Shown: piece after piece, positions 52,415 through 64,000 of the stretch
How positions within the stretch are numbered: the first letter of the stretch is position 1
Layout: each line of letters begins with the position of its first letter
Source: Macrostomum hystrix
Taxonomy: Eukaryota > Animalia > Platyhelminthes
Length of the DNA: 64,000 bases
Assembly (NCBI GenBank): GCA_950097015.1
Contig: CATNEN010000001.1
Span: 2,356,001-2,420,000, forward strand
Direction of reading: 5' to 3'
The notes under the pieces: generated by a model
What the model was told of the DNA's origin: nothing
Databases searched by the model: none
The model's input: the letters and a program-made list of their open reading frames with translations, nothing else
Made by a program: the position numbers and the translations under genes

Positions 52415-55400
52415 TTAGGCAGCATTTTCATGTTGCTCCTCCCAGTCATCGTCTAAATCCTCATCGTTCTCGCCTCTCCGAGCCAGCTTAGCTTGTTGTA
52501 TTCGACGCTCGCGCAGTTTATCCTTTGGCAGGTCTGTATTAGCCTGAAATTCTCGAGTAAACGGCAGCCGATAGCCGCGGAGGCGAATAGCCAACGATTG
52601 CAGCGACGGCGAGCGAAAGCTCAGCTCGTTATTATCGTCGCCGTCGCCGTCAACGCCGACTAACCCGGCGGCTAGGCTAACGCGCTTCGGCGAACTAATC
52701 GACACCCAGCCGAGAACGGAGAATACAACATCCAGGCTGGCAGCTTCCGGAGCGCTGGCCGGACAACTGAATTGGCGCAGCCTGTCGGATAGGCTGACAG
52801 GATTTGGCAACGGCTGCGATCGCTCAAAATGATCCGGCGAGTACAACAGGTGGCCGCAGCTAGATAAATACTCGTCTAGATTAGCCGTGTCCACAATGTG
52901 CACATTGTTTAAGAAGCTGTGACAGGTAATGTAGACATTGCATGGAGACTGAAAAAGGTAGTTTTTTGTTGAAGTTGGCGTCACAATTCTTTTTTATTTC
53001 GATACATATCGGCTAATCTATTCATTATTAATTCATTCAATAATTTTTATAAATTATGCTTTCTTTCTCGCACTTAGACATTGTATGGAGACTGCAAATT
53101 AAAAATGGAATATCATAAATTAAAAATTGTGGCAAAAACAATTTTCTATACATATCGGAGAACGACGATTGAAACTTTTTGACACAAGTTGGCTAAAGAA
53201 GACTTTATTTTTGTATTTATGCTTAACAGTTACTTTTTCGACACATATCGGCAAAAAGTAGCATTTATTTGTCTTACCTCAACGCTAACAATGTCTAATC
53301 TGGCCAAGCCGGCAATAATCAAACTGAGGCCGGGTTTCATAACAAAACTGCGCGGAATCGGCATTTTTGGCTTGCGAAACACGGCGTCCCACTCTGAGGC
53401 TGTCAGGAAGGGCTCAACCTGGGAATGGCAGATTAAAGGAATTGAATTCAAAACTTTAATAAAATATGTAGCTGACGTCTAAAGAAGATGAAAAATAACA
53501 GGCCCTGATGGAACTGAAGGATAACAGGCCCCTGATGAAACGGAAGGATAACAGGCCCCTGATGAAACGGAAGGATAACAGACCCCTGATGAAACGGAAG
53601 GATAACAGGCCCCTGATGAAACGGAAGGATAACAGGCCCCTGATGAAACGGAAGGATAACAGGCCCCTGATGAAACGGAAGGATAACAGGCCCCTGATGA
53701 AACGGAAGGATAACAGGCCCCTGATGAAACGGAAGGATAACAGGCCCCTGATGAAACGGAAGGATAACAGACCCCTGATGGAACTGAAGGATAACAGACC
53801 CCTGATGAAACGGAAGGATAACAGGCCCCTGATGAAACGGAAGGATAACAGGCCCCTGATGAAACGGAAGGATAACAGACCCCTGATGGAACTGAAGGAT
53901 AACAGACCCCTGATGAAACGGAAGGATAACAGGCCCGTGAGGAGCACATTAAGGAGCACAATGGGATAACATACTCCTAAAAACCGTTAGAGTCAATAAT
54001 TATTAGTAAACTAACCGCATAGCTCCTAGTTAATCCGGGCGTATCAAAGCACCATCGCGCAAACTGTCTCTCGTCCGTCTCCTGCCATGCCAAATACCGG
54101 CGCATGACTCGCCGATAAGTTTCAACATCGTCAGCTGCCATTAGGGCATCGGTTTCGGTGCTAATTTTATAAGTCGGCGTCTGTAATAGATTCTGTGATG
54201 ATGATGCTAGCATTTCTTGCTGCTGCTGCTGCTGCTTGTCGCGATACGATTTTAAAAGGCCGGCCGGAGTGAAGGTTCGTCCAACAGGACTAGGCCGCAT
54301 AACGGCCAGAGCGCTCAATTGCGGCTGTTCGCGCTTTAGAAGCTCTTCGGCGGCTTTTTCGTCACCAAGGCGACAGGCCCTCTGCACTAAGCGCTCTCGT
54401 GTGACTCTTATTAATGGGAACTTCAATGAGCCAATGGTGGTACCGGCTAGAGGCGACACTGTGGCACGATGATACCGCTCCTCTACCTAGTAAGGAATAG
54501 TTAGGATTGCGCTATATATAAAATTAAGTTTCTTCTCTTGATCAGGGCCTTAAAAGGGCCGTTTTGTATCTTAAAAAGCACAGATGCCTAAAATAGTATG
54601 GTTGCGTCATTCAAAATTGTAAGACTAGTTTTTGATAGTTAATTTTTTTAATCAGTAAATTTTAGAATCTAAAATTCTATTTTAACAGGTATTTATCGTT
54701 AAAAGGGTCGTTTTTAATAAACTAAAGATGCACCTAAGCATTTAAGTATTTTTTCTTATAATTTCACATTTTTTATGTTTAGACAAGTGACTAACGACAA
54801 TCACCGCTATTTATGCCGAATTTCGACGAGCAGAATAACAAATTATCTGTATCAAAATCCATTTAAGCATTTACCTGCACTCGACAAAGATCCGAGTCTA
54901 GCAGTGAGTTGAACAGCTTGGATTTGCCAACATTTGTGCAGCCTAACAGGTAGAAATCGCGTCTACCCATATCACCAATTTGAGTCATCAGGTAAGTAAT
55001 TAATTTTTCAATATTGTAGCCAGTTCTAGCGCTAACTAGCATAACTTTGGCCACATCGGTTAGTCCGGCCTGGCGGCAATAGGTGCGAACACGGGCAGCC
55101 CAGCGCTTCTCAAAAACTGCCGCGTCGCGACAGAGTAGATCAATTTTATTGCCGACTACAATCAGCTGTCTGCTTGGGCCTTGGGTGGGTTAAATGGTGG
55201 CATCGATTGAAATGAATTGAATAGATAGATAGACAATTAATAGATCTAGTAGATTGAGATGGATAATTAATAGATCTAGTAGATTGAGATGGATAATTAA
55301 TAGATCTAGTAGATTGAGATGGATAATAAATAGATCTAGTAGATTGAGATGGATAATAAATAGATCTAGTTGATTGAGATGGATAATTAATAGATCTAGT

Positions 55401-58400
55401 TGATTGAGATGGATAATTAATAGATCTAGTTGATTGAGATGGATAATTAATAGATCTAGTAGATTGAGATGGATAATTAATAGATCTAGTTGATTGAGAT
55501 GGATAATTAATAGATCTAGTTGATTGAGATGGATAATTAATAGATCTAGTAGATTGAGATGGATAATTAATAGATCTAGTTGATTGAGATGGATGATTAA
55601 TAGATCTAGTAGATTGAGATGGACAATCGATACATCTAGTAGATTTAGATATACAATCGATACATCTAGTAGATTTAGATATACAATCGATACATCTAGT
55701 AGATTTAGATATACAATCGATACATCTAGTAGATTTAGATATACAATCGATACATCTAGTAGATTTAGATATACAATCGATACATCTAGTAGATTTAGAA
55801 GATATACAATCGATACATCTAGTAGATTTAGAAGATATACAATCGATACATCTAGTAGATTTAGAAGATATACAATCGATACATCTAGTAGATTTAGATA
55901 TACAATCGATACATCTAGTAGATTTAGATATACAATCGATACATCTAGTAGATTTAGATATACAATCGATACATCTAGTAGATTTAGATATACAATCGAT
56001 ACATCTAGTAGATTTAGATATACAATCGATACATCTAGTAGATTTAGATATGCAATTGATACATCTAGTAGATTTAGATATACAATCGATACATCTAGTA
56101 GACAAAAATGTAATAAAAATCGGGCAAACAGTAAGTTCTTAAATCCGCAAGTGACTCACCAATCAGCTGTTTCAGCTCCGGCACAATAGTCATAGGCAGT
56201 CGAGTCAAATCCACAATGTGGATTAGTAGAGACTTCTCAGATTTTCGAACAGCATTGAGCACATCCGGCCACTGATTGGAATCAACTGAAGCTTCAAGAG
56301 CTTGGCTATGCTGCCTCAATAAATAGCAGCGCAAGCAGAGTAAACTGCTCAGCGCTTCCGAAGGCTTTGAAAATGTTGCCGACGAATGCCCCGTAACGGA
56401 GGCTAGAGCTGCGGTCAGAGTTTCGGCTGGTACAAAGCCGGCAAAGTTGAGATTGGCGCATTGTAGCGGGGCGCCACAGCCGCGACAGGGATGACGAGTG
56501 ACTGGCACCTGGAGACGACGATGGGATGGGTCGTATCTCTCATGTGTCCTTTGTGTATGTCTTATCTCTCATGTGTCCTTTATCTATGTCTTATCTCTCA
56601 TGTGTCCTTTATCTATGTCTTATCTCTCATGTGTCCTTTATCTATGTCTTATCTCTCATGTGTCCTTTATCTATGTCTTATCTCTCATGTGTCCTTTGTG
56701 TATGTCTTATCTCTCATGTGTCCTTTGTCTATGTCTTATCTCTCATGTGTCCTTTATCTATGTCTTATCTCTCATGTGTCCTTTATCTATGTCTTATCTC
56801 TCATGTGTCCTTTATCTATGTCTTATCTCTCATGTGTCCTTTGTCTATGTCTTATCTCTCATGTGTCCTTTATCTATGTCTTATCTCTCATGTGTCCTTT
56901 ATCTATGTCTTATCTCTCATGTGTCCTTTGTCTATGTCTTATCTCTCATGTGTCCTTTGTCTATGTCTTATCTCTCATGTGTCCTTTATCTATGTCTTAT
57001 CTCTCATGTGTCCTTTATCTATGTCTTATCTCTCATGTGTCCTTTATCTATGTCTTATCTCTCATGTGTCCTTTGTCTATGTCTTATCTCTCATGTGTCC
57101 TTTGTCTATGTCTTATCTCTCATGTGTCCTTTGTCTATGTCTTATCTCTCATGTGTCCTTTATCTATGTCTTATCTCTCATGTGTCCTTTATCTATGTCT
57201 TATCTCTCATTTGTCCTTTATCTATGTCTTATCTCTCATGTGTCCTTTGTCTATGTCTTATCTCTCATTTGTCCTTTATCTATGTCTTATCTCTCATGTG
57301 TCCTTTATCTATGTCTTATCTCTCATGTGTCCTTTATCTATGTCTTATCTCTCATGTGTCCTTTATCTATGTCTTATCTCTCATTTGTCCTTTATCTATG
57401 TCTTATCTCTCATGTGTCCTTTGTCTATGTCTTATCTCTCATTTGTCCTTTATCTATGTCCTATCTCTCATGTGTCCTTTATCTATGTCTTATCTCTCAT
57501 GTGTCCTTTATCTATGTCCTATCTCTCATGTGTCCTTTATCTATGCCCTATCTCTCATGTGTCCTTTATCTATGCCCTATCTCTCATGTGTCCATTGTCT
57601 ATGCCCTATCTCTCATGTGTCCATTGTCTATGTCTTATCTCTCAAACATCTCACTTTTTCTTATCTTCTGCATTGTATTTTTCAAAAGAAATACAACAAC
57701 AATTGATTTTCCCATTCCATGCAGCCAACTGTCGTCTTTAGGGTGCTGTAGCCGACCCCTTTAAGAGCTCCTATACGAAAGAAGATAATAGAAATCTACT
57801 TGTCTATTGAAAATCGACACCAAATCGCTCACCGATGAATCCTCGGCGCCGTATTTAGAAATCAAACCGCTACCCTTGGCCATGAGAGCCGCTACAGTTG
57901 GATCGGTGGCCTCCGCTTCTGTCATGATTTTTAAATCTAGCTCGGCTAGATCCGCTCCCGCTTGATTGATCAATTCCTGATAGGTGTCTATGGCCGAACT
58001 ATTAGACAACACTAATTGATCGGTAGTGTCAGTACTACTTCTAGTAGTATTATCTTGTTCTTGTATTTCCGCATCAAATGCAGCTTTGGCAATTAGAGAC
58101 ACTGGTCGCTTGTTCTGGCTAGCCGGGTTGGCAATGTTAATGATGTCATTAGATAGTGTGATTCCATCGCTATTAACTAGGCCATTCTTAATGCTAGCCC
58201 TCCAGTCGCGTTGAATTCTAGTGTAACCAGGTAGAACACTAGGCGGAGTCGGCTTAACCGATGGATAGGATGGCCCTGTTTCAAAGCCGGAACCGCGGCG
58301 ACGTCGTGGTGTGGCATGCCAGCTGGAATCTTTGCTATTCCTGCTGCTGTTCCTGGCTGAATTGCAAATGCGACATTGCGACACTATTAGAGTGCGCAGG

Positions 58401-58435
58401 CGCAAAGATGCTAAATGAGGTTGCAGTTGAGATTG
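52415..58435 (-). CDS. NOA1: Nitric oxide-associated protein 1-like mitochondrial circularly permuted GTPase (YqeH family), ~800 codons; exons 58435-57833, 56508-56160, 55179-54875, 54486-54016, 53418-53278, 52948-52415; no genomic ATG at the exon start
   Basis: Zn finger CRGCG..CLRC; G4 GNKIDLL, G5 VSARTG, G1 GCTNVGKS, G2 SPLAGTT, G3 DTPG in the permuted order; AGLARLD; all joins phase-consistent (2403 nt). Confidence 0.9.
53497..53940. repeat. 27-nt minisatellite (CCCCTGATGAAACGGAAGGATAACAGG)n, NOA1 intron
   Basis: Tandem units. Confidence 0.95.
55232..56102. repeat. 30-nt minisatellite with two sequential subtypes, NOA1 intron
   Basis: GGATAATTAATAGATCTAGTAGATTGAGAT switches at ~55620 to ATACAATCGATACATCTAGTAGATTTAGAT. 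Confidence 0.95.
56533..57645. repeat. 29-nt minisatellite (TGTCTTATCTCTCATGTGTCCTTTATCTA)n, NOA1 intron 1
   Basis: Tandem units; explains the three-frame ORFs at 56491-57764. Confidence 0.95.
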
Positions 58436-61400
58436 CTGAAAATGTATTTTTGCAACAATTAGTTAATTTTAAGATACTAATTCAAAGCCTGTCAGTTGCT
58501 TACAATGTCTATCTAGGCAATTTGATGTTTCTTACCTAGCCACTAAAACTATTATTACTTTGTAGGTAATAAAATAAAATTATATTTACATTTTTATGCC
58601 TTAATCAAGTTAATACTAAAATAAATCAGTTGCAACTACTCCTTCCCCAGGCCATGTTTAAAGTATCAACTCATGATGCCTGATAATTATTTAAAAAGTG
58701 TCCAATGCTTCTGAATGTGGGCTGGCCTATGTTTTGTGATTTTTGTTAAATAATGCTTTATTTTAAGGTTTAAAATCCACAAATATTTATAATATCAGAA
58801 CTATGTGTTTTCTACTTTAAGCCTAATTATTTTTGAAACTGCAAAATTTCTGAAAAATGTAATACATTAGCAGCAGATTACTTTTGCTGCATTAAAAAAT
58901 TGTTTTAAAGTATATTTATATTTTATATATACAAGAACAAAAGATAGTCAAACTTAGATAATACATTGTACATTGTAATACTTTGCTTTACATTGATAAA
59001 ATTTTGCTATTTATTTGATTTAATGCTTTTTGTTTTTGTTGTCGACTGCAAATTTGCTAAATGTTTATTGGTGAATCCATAGATTGTCTATAGTCTGTAA
59101 CTTTATTCCGAAAAAAAAGTATTATGCTATCATCAATCATCAATATTATCAATCTAATCTACATTCTTCATGTGATCTTAATAAGGCTACTAAACCCAAG
59201 TCTAAAATGGTCAAGATCAGTGAGAGTGATAATTATGTTATAGTATAAAAAGTGGACAATGTTGGAAATTTTATATGACATGAGTAATGACAGATAAACA
59301 AAGCTAAACATATTTATAATAAGCTTATGAAAAAAATGAAAAATGTGTAAAATGTGTAAAATGTGTTCACTTAAAATGTGTAAAAAGTGAAAGTAATGAT
59401 AAAAAACATTTCTATTTTTTGTTTTTGCTACCAATATGGTTTGTAAAGATTATTACCAACATTGCAATTACTTTTTGTTGTAAAACGGCCTTGTCCAATC
59501 TGGACTGCAGGTCAGCCCTTGTGGGGGCTCTACTGCTGTATATATTTTCTTGTATTAAAACATTTCTATTAAAATATAAATATAAAAGTAAAAATTAGAA
59601 ATTAAGAATTTTAACATTTTTAGAAGGTCCAAAGTTTTGGTTCAATAAAAATAAAAGAAATAGATCGAGTGAAATTTTGCGATAGGTAAGTCAGGTAACT
59701 AGGCAATGAATATTTGGGCACTGAGCCATGGTGTTAAAAATGGTCAGAACATTGGTATTTTGAATTTAGCATTCAGTATTTTGGTAAATGCATAGTGGGC
59801 TTAAAAGAGAAAAAATGCTTTTTGTTAATGTGCTTAAAACTGCACCTAAACAGAACTCAGTGGCAATTCATGGGGTGTACAACACATAGATAGGTAGGAA
59901 AAGCTTTCTGTGGCTTCATCATGAGTAGGATCTCAACTATTGGCTAATGACTACCAAGTGGTTCCAAGTGACTACTGGTCAAGAACTTAGATTGTATAAG
60001 TGAATTAAATATATATATATAATTACATACTTAGAGAAATAAAAGGAAATACATTGTAAAGTAAATAAGCATATTGCTTTTATTGTTGATATAGTCTAAA
60101 TTTCAGTCCTACTAGCTCTAAAAGAATTTGCATTAACAACCAAATTTGACTAAGCATGCCTTTGAAGATAATGGCTACTGCAAATTAATATTTCAAAATA
60201 TAATTAACTTGCTTCTAGGCCCCTAACAGAATATGAAAATTATAGAAAGAAAGTGTCTAGAGGAAAAGATTAGCCAAAACCTTTCAACACTGGAATGCTC
60301 TTGCACCTCAAGAACTATAACCCAGAGCTGTAAGACATTTGGAAAGGCATAGGAAATAAGCTGCTGATAAACAAGAAGAATCTCAAGCTTTCTTGCCTAT
60401 TGAGAAAAAAACTTAATTAGCCCAGCTAATGTTTAAATAGATGCAAAAAACTGCTATATGGGATTGGCCAGATCCAAAAACCATAGATCTAACCATTTAG
60501 ATTGGGAAGAAATTTTAAGCTTTTATTGTTATTGTGCATGTGCTTGCTTTTGTTAACAGCATTTTTGATAAGATCACTTGTAGGCACAACTTTGCAAGCT
60601 CCTTACAGAATGTGCTTTACAACTGGAATGTGCAAGAAAATCTAGCTGGGCCCTAGACCAACTTTTTTTCTCATATGAAAAAGACTGAGTTTCTTCAGTC
60701 TGATAGCCTAGTGATAGGCCCTAGCCTAACCAAATCAAAGTACTTGAATTTGATGCTAATTCACTCAAATTTGACACATTGCAAATGGCAACATAGGAAT
60801 AGAAAATGTACTACTTAAAACCAAACTGTTAAATAGCACTTACTAATACTAGCTCTAGGCTATCTAGCTGCATTTCTGCATAGGCCTAGTAACTATATTA
60901 GGTCAATCTAAGCCTTAGGCCAGGCAACAAGGAGCCAGCCTGTTAGTCTAGAATAATGCTTTAACACTAAGGGAATAATCTCCTACTAGGCCCAGGGCTA
61001 GGCCTATTCCTAAATTATAAACAGTGTTGGGCATTAACTAGTTAATTAACTAGTGCAATTTTTTTAAATTGTTAAATTTGGTTAAATTTTTTATGTATCA
61101 ACCATTTAACAAAAATTGTTACATTTTTTCTATAAGTTAAAGTTAAATGACAAAAGTTACTTATTTCTTTGAGGAAGTACAACACTACCAAGGCTTTGTC
61201 CATAAAGAAAAGGATGTTGCAGCTGATTGAAGTGGAGCTTGATAATGTGACAGCCTCAGAACAGCAGCAGCAGCAGCAGCGGCAGCAGCCCTGAACTAGT
61301 CAAATCAGACACAGTGTTGTCATTGAAGTCAATATGTCCAGTGGAGTTTTTTTTAAGTGTGCTTCAACCTACAAAGTCAGGACAGCGACTGAAGACCCCA

Positions 61401-61479
61401 AGGACAAGGGCTCAACAAATCTTATTGACATGGCTAGGTGGAATTTGGAAGCCCAATCTTGGCATTTCAGAACATGCAT

Positions 61480-61668
61480 TCAGCAATCCTGTTTTGTTAT
61501 AGCTTTTTGTGCATTTTAACACAGCATCCCATCCAGCGCAGCAGTTGAGTGACTTTTCTCAATGAGAACCAATTTCCTGCGTGCTAAAAGGGGCTTGCTG
61601 TCTGATTTGTTGCTTGCATGGTTGCTTTTACTGAGGGGCAACAAGCACCTAGACCTAAAGTCATGTAA
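61480..61668 (+). pseudogene. Decayed hAT transposase C-terminal dimerization domain
   Basis: Translates, with one frameshift and stops, as LFVHFNTA/PSSAAVE*LFSMRTNFLRAKRGLLSD..LLLLRGN, matching the hAT consensus P-S-S-A-x-x-E-R-x-F-S...R-x-x-L-S. Confidence 0.7.
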
Positions 61669-61938
61669 TTTAATAATCAGTTTAGGCCTATAATGAGACA
61701 AGCAATATTTTATATGAAAAATACTATGACATACATAAATTTATATATTAGTTTGTTGGTTCATATGTTTTTTTGAAAAGAAAAAACTTTAGGCCTAGCT
61801 TTTAATTTTTATACTTTTTAACCTTAGGCTCAGGCTTGCCTAGCATTACTTAGTAAGGATATTCAGTTTTGTTATGATTTGGAAATTTTATTTATGTTTT
61901 TGCCTGGCCAGGGAATCTAGAACTCCAAATACTAGACT

Positions 61939-62129
61939 GGCATGTGTCGTTTCGTTCGTTAAATTATTTTCTTTAGGGCCTATAGAAAAAGAAACTGCAA
62001 GTAATTTTAGTAATGAATAACAAGTGGGAATAACAAATGTAGCAAGAACGAATGCCAGGTTGATTGTTAGAATATTAAATATTAAATCTGTCGTCAAAAT
62101 AATTTAACGAACGAAACGACACATATGCC
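61939..62129. mobile_element. Small MITE-like element (~190 bp) with ~32-bp TIRs
   Basis: GGCATGTGTCGTTTCGTTCGTTAAATTATTTT ... AAAATAATTTAACGAACGAAACGACACATATGCC, flanked by GACT on both sides. Confidence 0.75.
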
Positions 62130-63479
62130 GACTTTTTTGTCATAATGTAATGTATAGTAGAATGTAATGGGGTGAAATCTCATCAACCGAACAAGAAAAT
62201 GTCATTTTCAAACATTCCAGGTTTGATAACAAAAAAACTAAACAAGATAAGAAAATCTAATTTACCGGTACTTGTTAAAAACAATTTTATCTTTCAAATG
62301 AAAGTCTACTCATCTAAATCGGTTAACTACAAAAAAGTTGTGTCTATTTTTGTTTCAATTCCGAACAATGAATTTCCCATTTCATCAAACCGAACGATGT
62401 TTCTGATGTTCGGTTTTTTGCCCAAAAAATGACTTCTGCTCAATAAAAAGCTATAACAAAACAGTGAAAAAGAAAGAAAAAATCATGCTGCATCGGTTTA
62501 AGTAAAGTTCAATAGTCCGATTTGATAAGAAGAGGGTTATTTTTTACATCGAAGTATGTACCCCCCACCCGAGTCAAATAGTGCAATTTTCATTCCATCT
62601 TGAGTTTTCCTGCTTCAGGCACACTAAACAGCGAAACAAACAGCGAAAAAGTCATGTGCTGTCTTTGCTCATGAGTTTCCTATGGTTCGTGGAGTTTATA
62701 GTCTTTTGCAACGAAGCCTTTAGTGACAAACTCACCCTCATTTCATAATTTTAGGCCTGGCAGTACTTGCGATATCTCAGACTTAAAGCTTTATTATGCA
62801 AACACAGATGCTTGTTAAAACTTTAAAATAAATAAAAAACCGTGCAGAACTTCAAGTTAAAATCGGTTTCTCCAAGTTTAAAAGTGTTTACGCTGACTAA
62901 TGAGAATTAATGAAACTCACTTACACAAAAAATGTCCATTTTTTCGAAATCTTTCATACTTTTTTCTGAGCGTGTTTTTCTACTGCCAGACTACTAGTTG
63001 TGTAGGCCTAGCCTCTATTGGACCTTCAATCTTTTTTCCCTAAGAGTTGGGATCATTTGCTTCAGCTTTAAAATGTCCGCAACAGACTACTGCCAGTAGG
63101 ACTAGGACTCCTTGGCAGACAGGGCAGAGAAGGAGACAAAGGCGGGAGAGAGCCGAACAGACCATTGTGTGATCTCCATGGCAACCGAGTTGCACATATG
63201 ACAATTGTTGGCAACGATGAATGACGGGGCGAGGCCTAGCCAAAGGTATGAAGAAGCAATCTGGACTGGAAGCCGACCCCAAAACCCTGACTCGACTTGT
63301 TGGAGGCCACTTAAATTTGCCCATCAACACACAGCATATAGGCAAAGTAGCATTAGGCCTATAGGCCTAGCACATAAAGAAAGGTCATAAATAAGAGCAA
63401 GTACTTGGGGGCCTAATTTCAAGGCTGAAAATTTACTCTGGAACTTGATCTTTAACAAAAAACGGATGCAGTCACAATG

Positions 63480-63768
63480 CAGGGAGACAAAAAGAAGATG
63501 AGGAAGAGAGCTGAAAGTATATAGCGACTAAGCGTGAAAGAGGATAGAGAGGATAGGGTAAGAAAGAGAAGGAGAGGGTAAGAGAGAGAAGGAGAGGGGA
63601 TAAGAGAGAAAATGAGGGGAAGACAGAGAAGGAGAGGAAAAGACAGAGAAGGAGAGGGGAAGACAGACAGAGAAGGAGAGGGGAGGAGGAAGAAGGAGAT
63701 ATAAGAAGAGAGGGAGAGCGGGAGAGGTGGTGAACAGAGGTAGGGGGCGAGGTAGAGGGAGAAAGAGT
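63480..63768. repeat. Purine-rich (GA) low-complexity tract
   Basis: Directly visible. Confidence 0.8.
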
Positions 63769-64000
63769 TCGCTCTTGTCACCAATATTCTCAGCCCCAGT
63801 CAGCAGCCCCCCAGCCAAATTGCAAGCGGGTGGAAGCTAGCCAATAGACCAATGCCGCACATAAATTCATGAGCCAATCAAAATGCTCGAAGACCAAAAC
63901 CCCTGAACCGGGGTTCAATTTTGGGGTCATTCCATTACCACTCAGCCAGAGGCTGGGCCAGAGATTTTAGGCTTACTTTGAAGGGTTGGAATTATTGCAT

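Noticed and set aside
53497-53940. Tandem hammerhead ribozymes or C/D snoRNAs (CTGATGA..GAAAC)
   Set aside because: CUGAUGA and GAAA overlap within the unit, and no stem II/III or cleavage triplet could be built
42514-57764. Repeat-like ORFs at 42.5-43.5, 46.7-47.4, 48.8-49.5, 53.5-54.0, 55.1-56.2 and 56.5-57.8 kb
   Set aside because: All coincide with minisatellites in introns, MITEs or intergenic DNA; flanking exons splice in frame without them
63835-63885. Cluster of CCAAT boxes suggesting a promoter
   Set aside because: No associated gene or TSS evidence within the window

Overview
Eukaryotic (animal) genomic DNA with spliced genes whose introns are packed with minisatellites. This style suggests a free-living flatworm such as Macrostomum, which is an inference and not proven. 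Eight protein-coding genes were reconstructed by hand from GT-AG exon joins. On the + strand: an MFSD4-like transporter (5' end outside the window or trans-spliced), a 4-EF-hand calmodulin-like gene largely missed by the ORF track (516 coding nt over 14.4 kb, including a ~10 kb 23-mer array), and two tandem paralogous TRP channels. On the - strand: an equilibrative nucleoside transporter, a PLOD/LH3-type lysyl hydroxylase, a Myb/SANT-like protein and a NOA1-like GTPase. Most long ORFs in the track are translations of tandem repeats. The main observations are: (1) the channels combine ~6 ankyrin repeats with a TRPM-type MHR3/4, S1-S6 and TRP-box body; (2) the second channel has one in-frame TGA exactly where its paralog has TGG, with everything downstream intact; (3) the NOA1 first exon has no genomic start codon and begins in phase 0 at a splice acceptor, fitting initiation from a spliced-leader AUG; (4) three hAT MITE copies with 8-bp TSDs carry an internally expanding minisatellite; (5) a CpG-depleted hAT transposase fossil lies near the end of the window.
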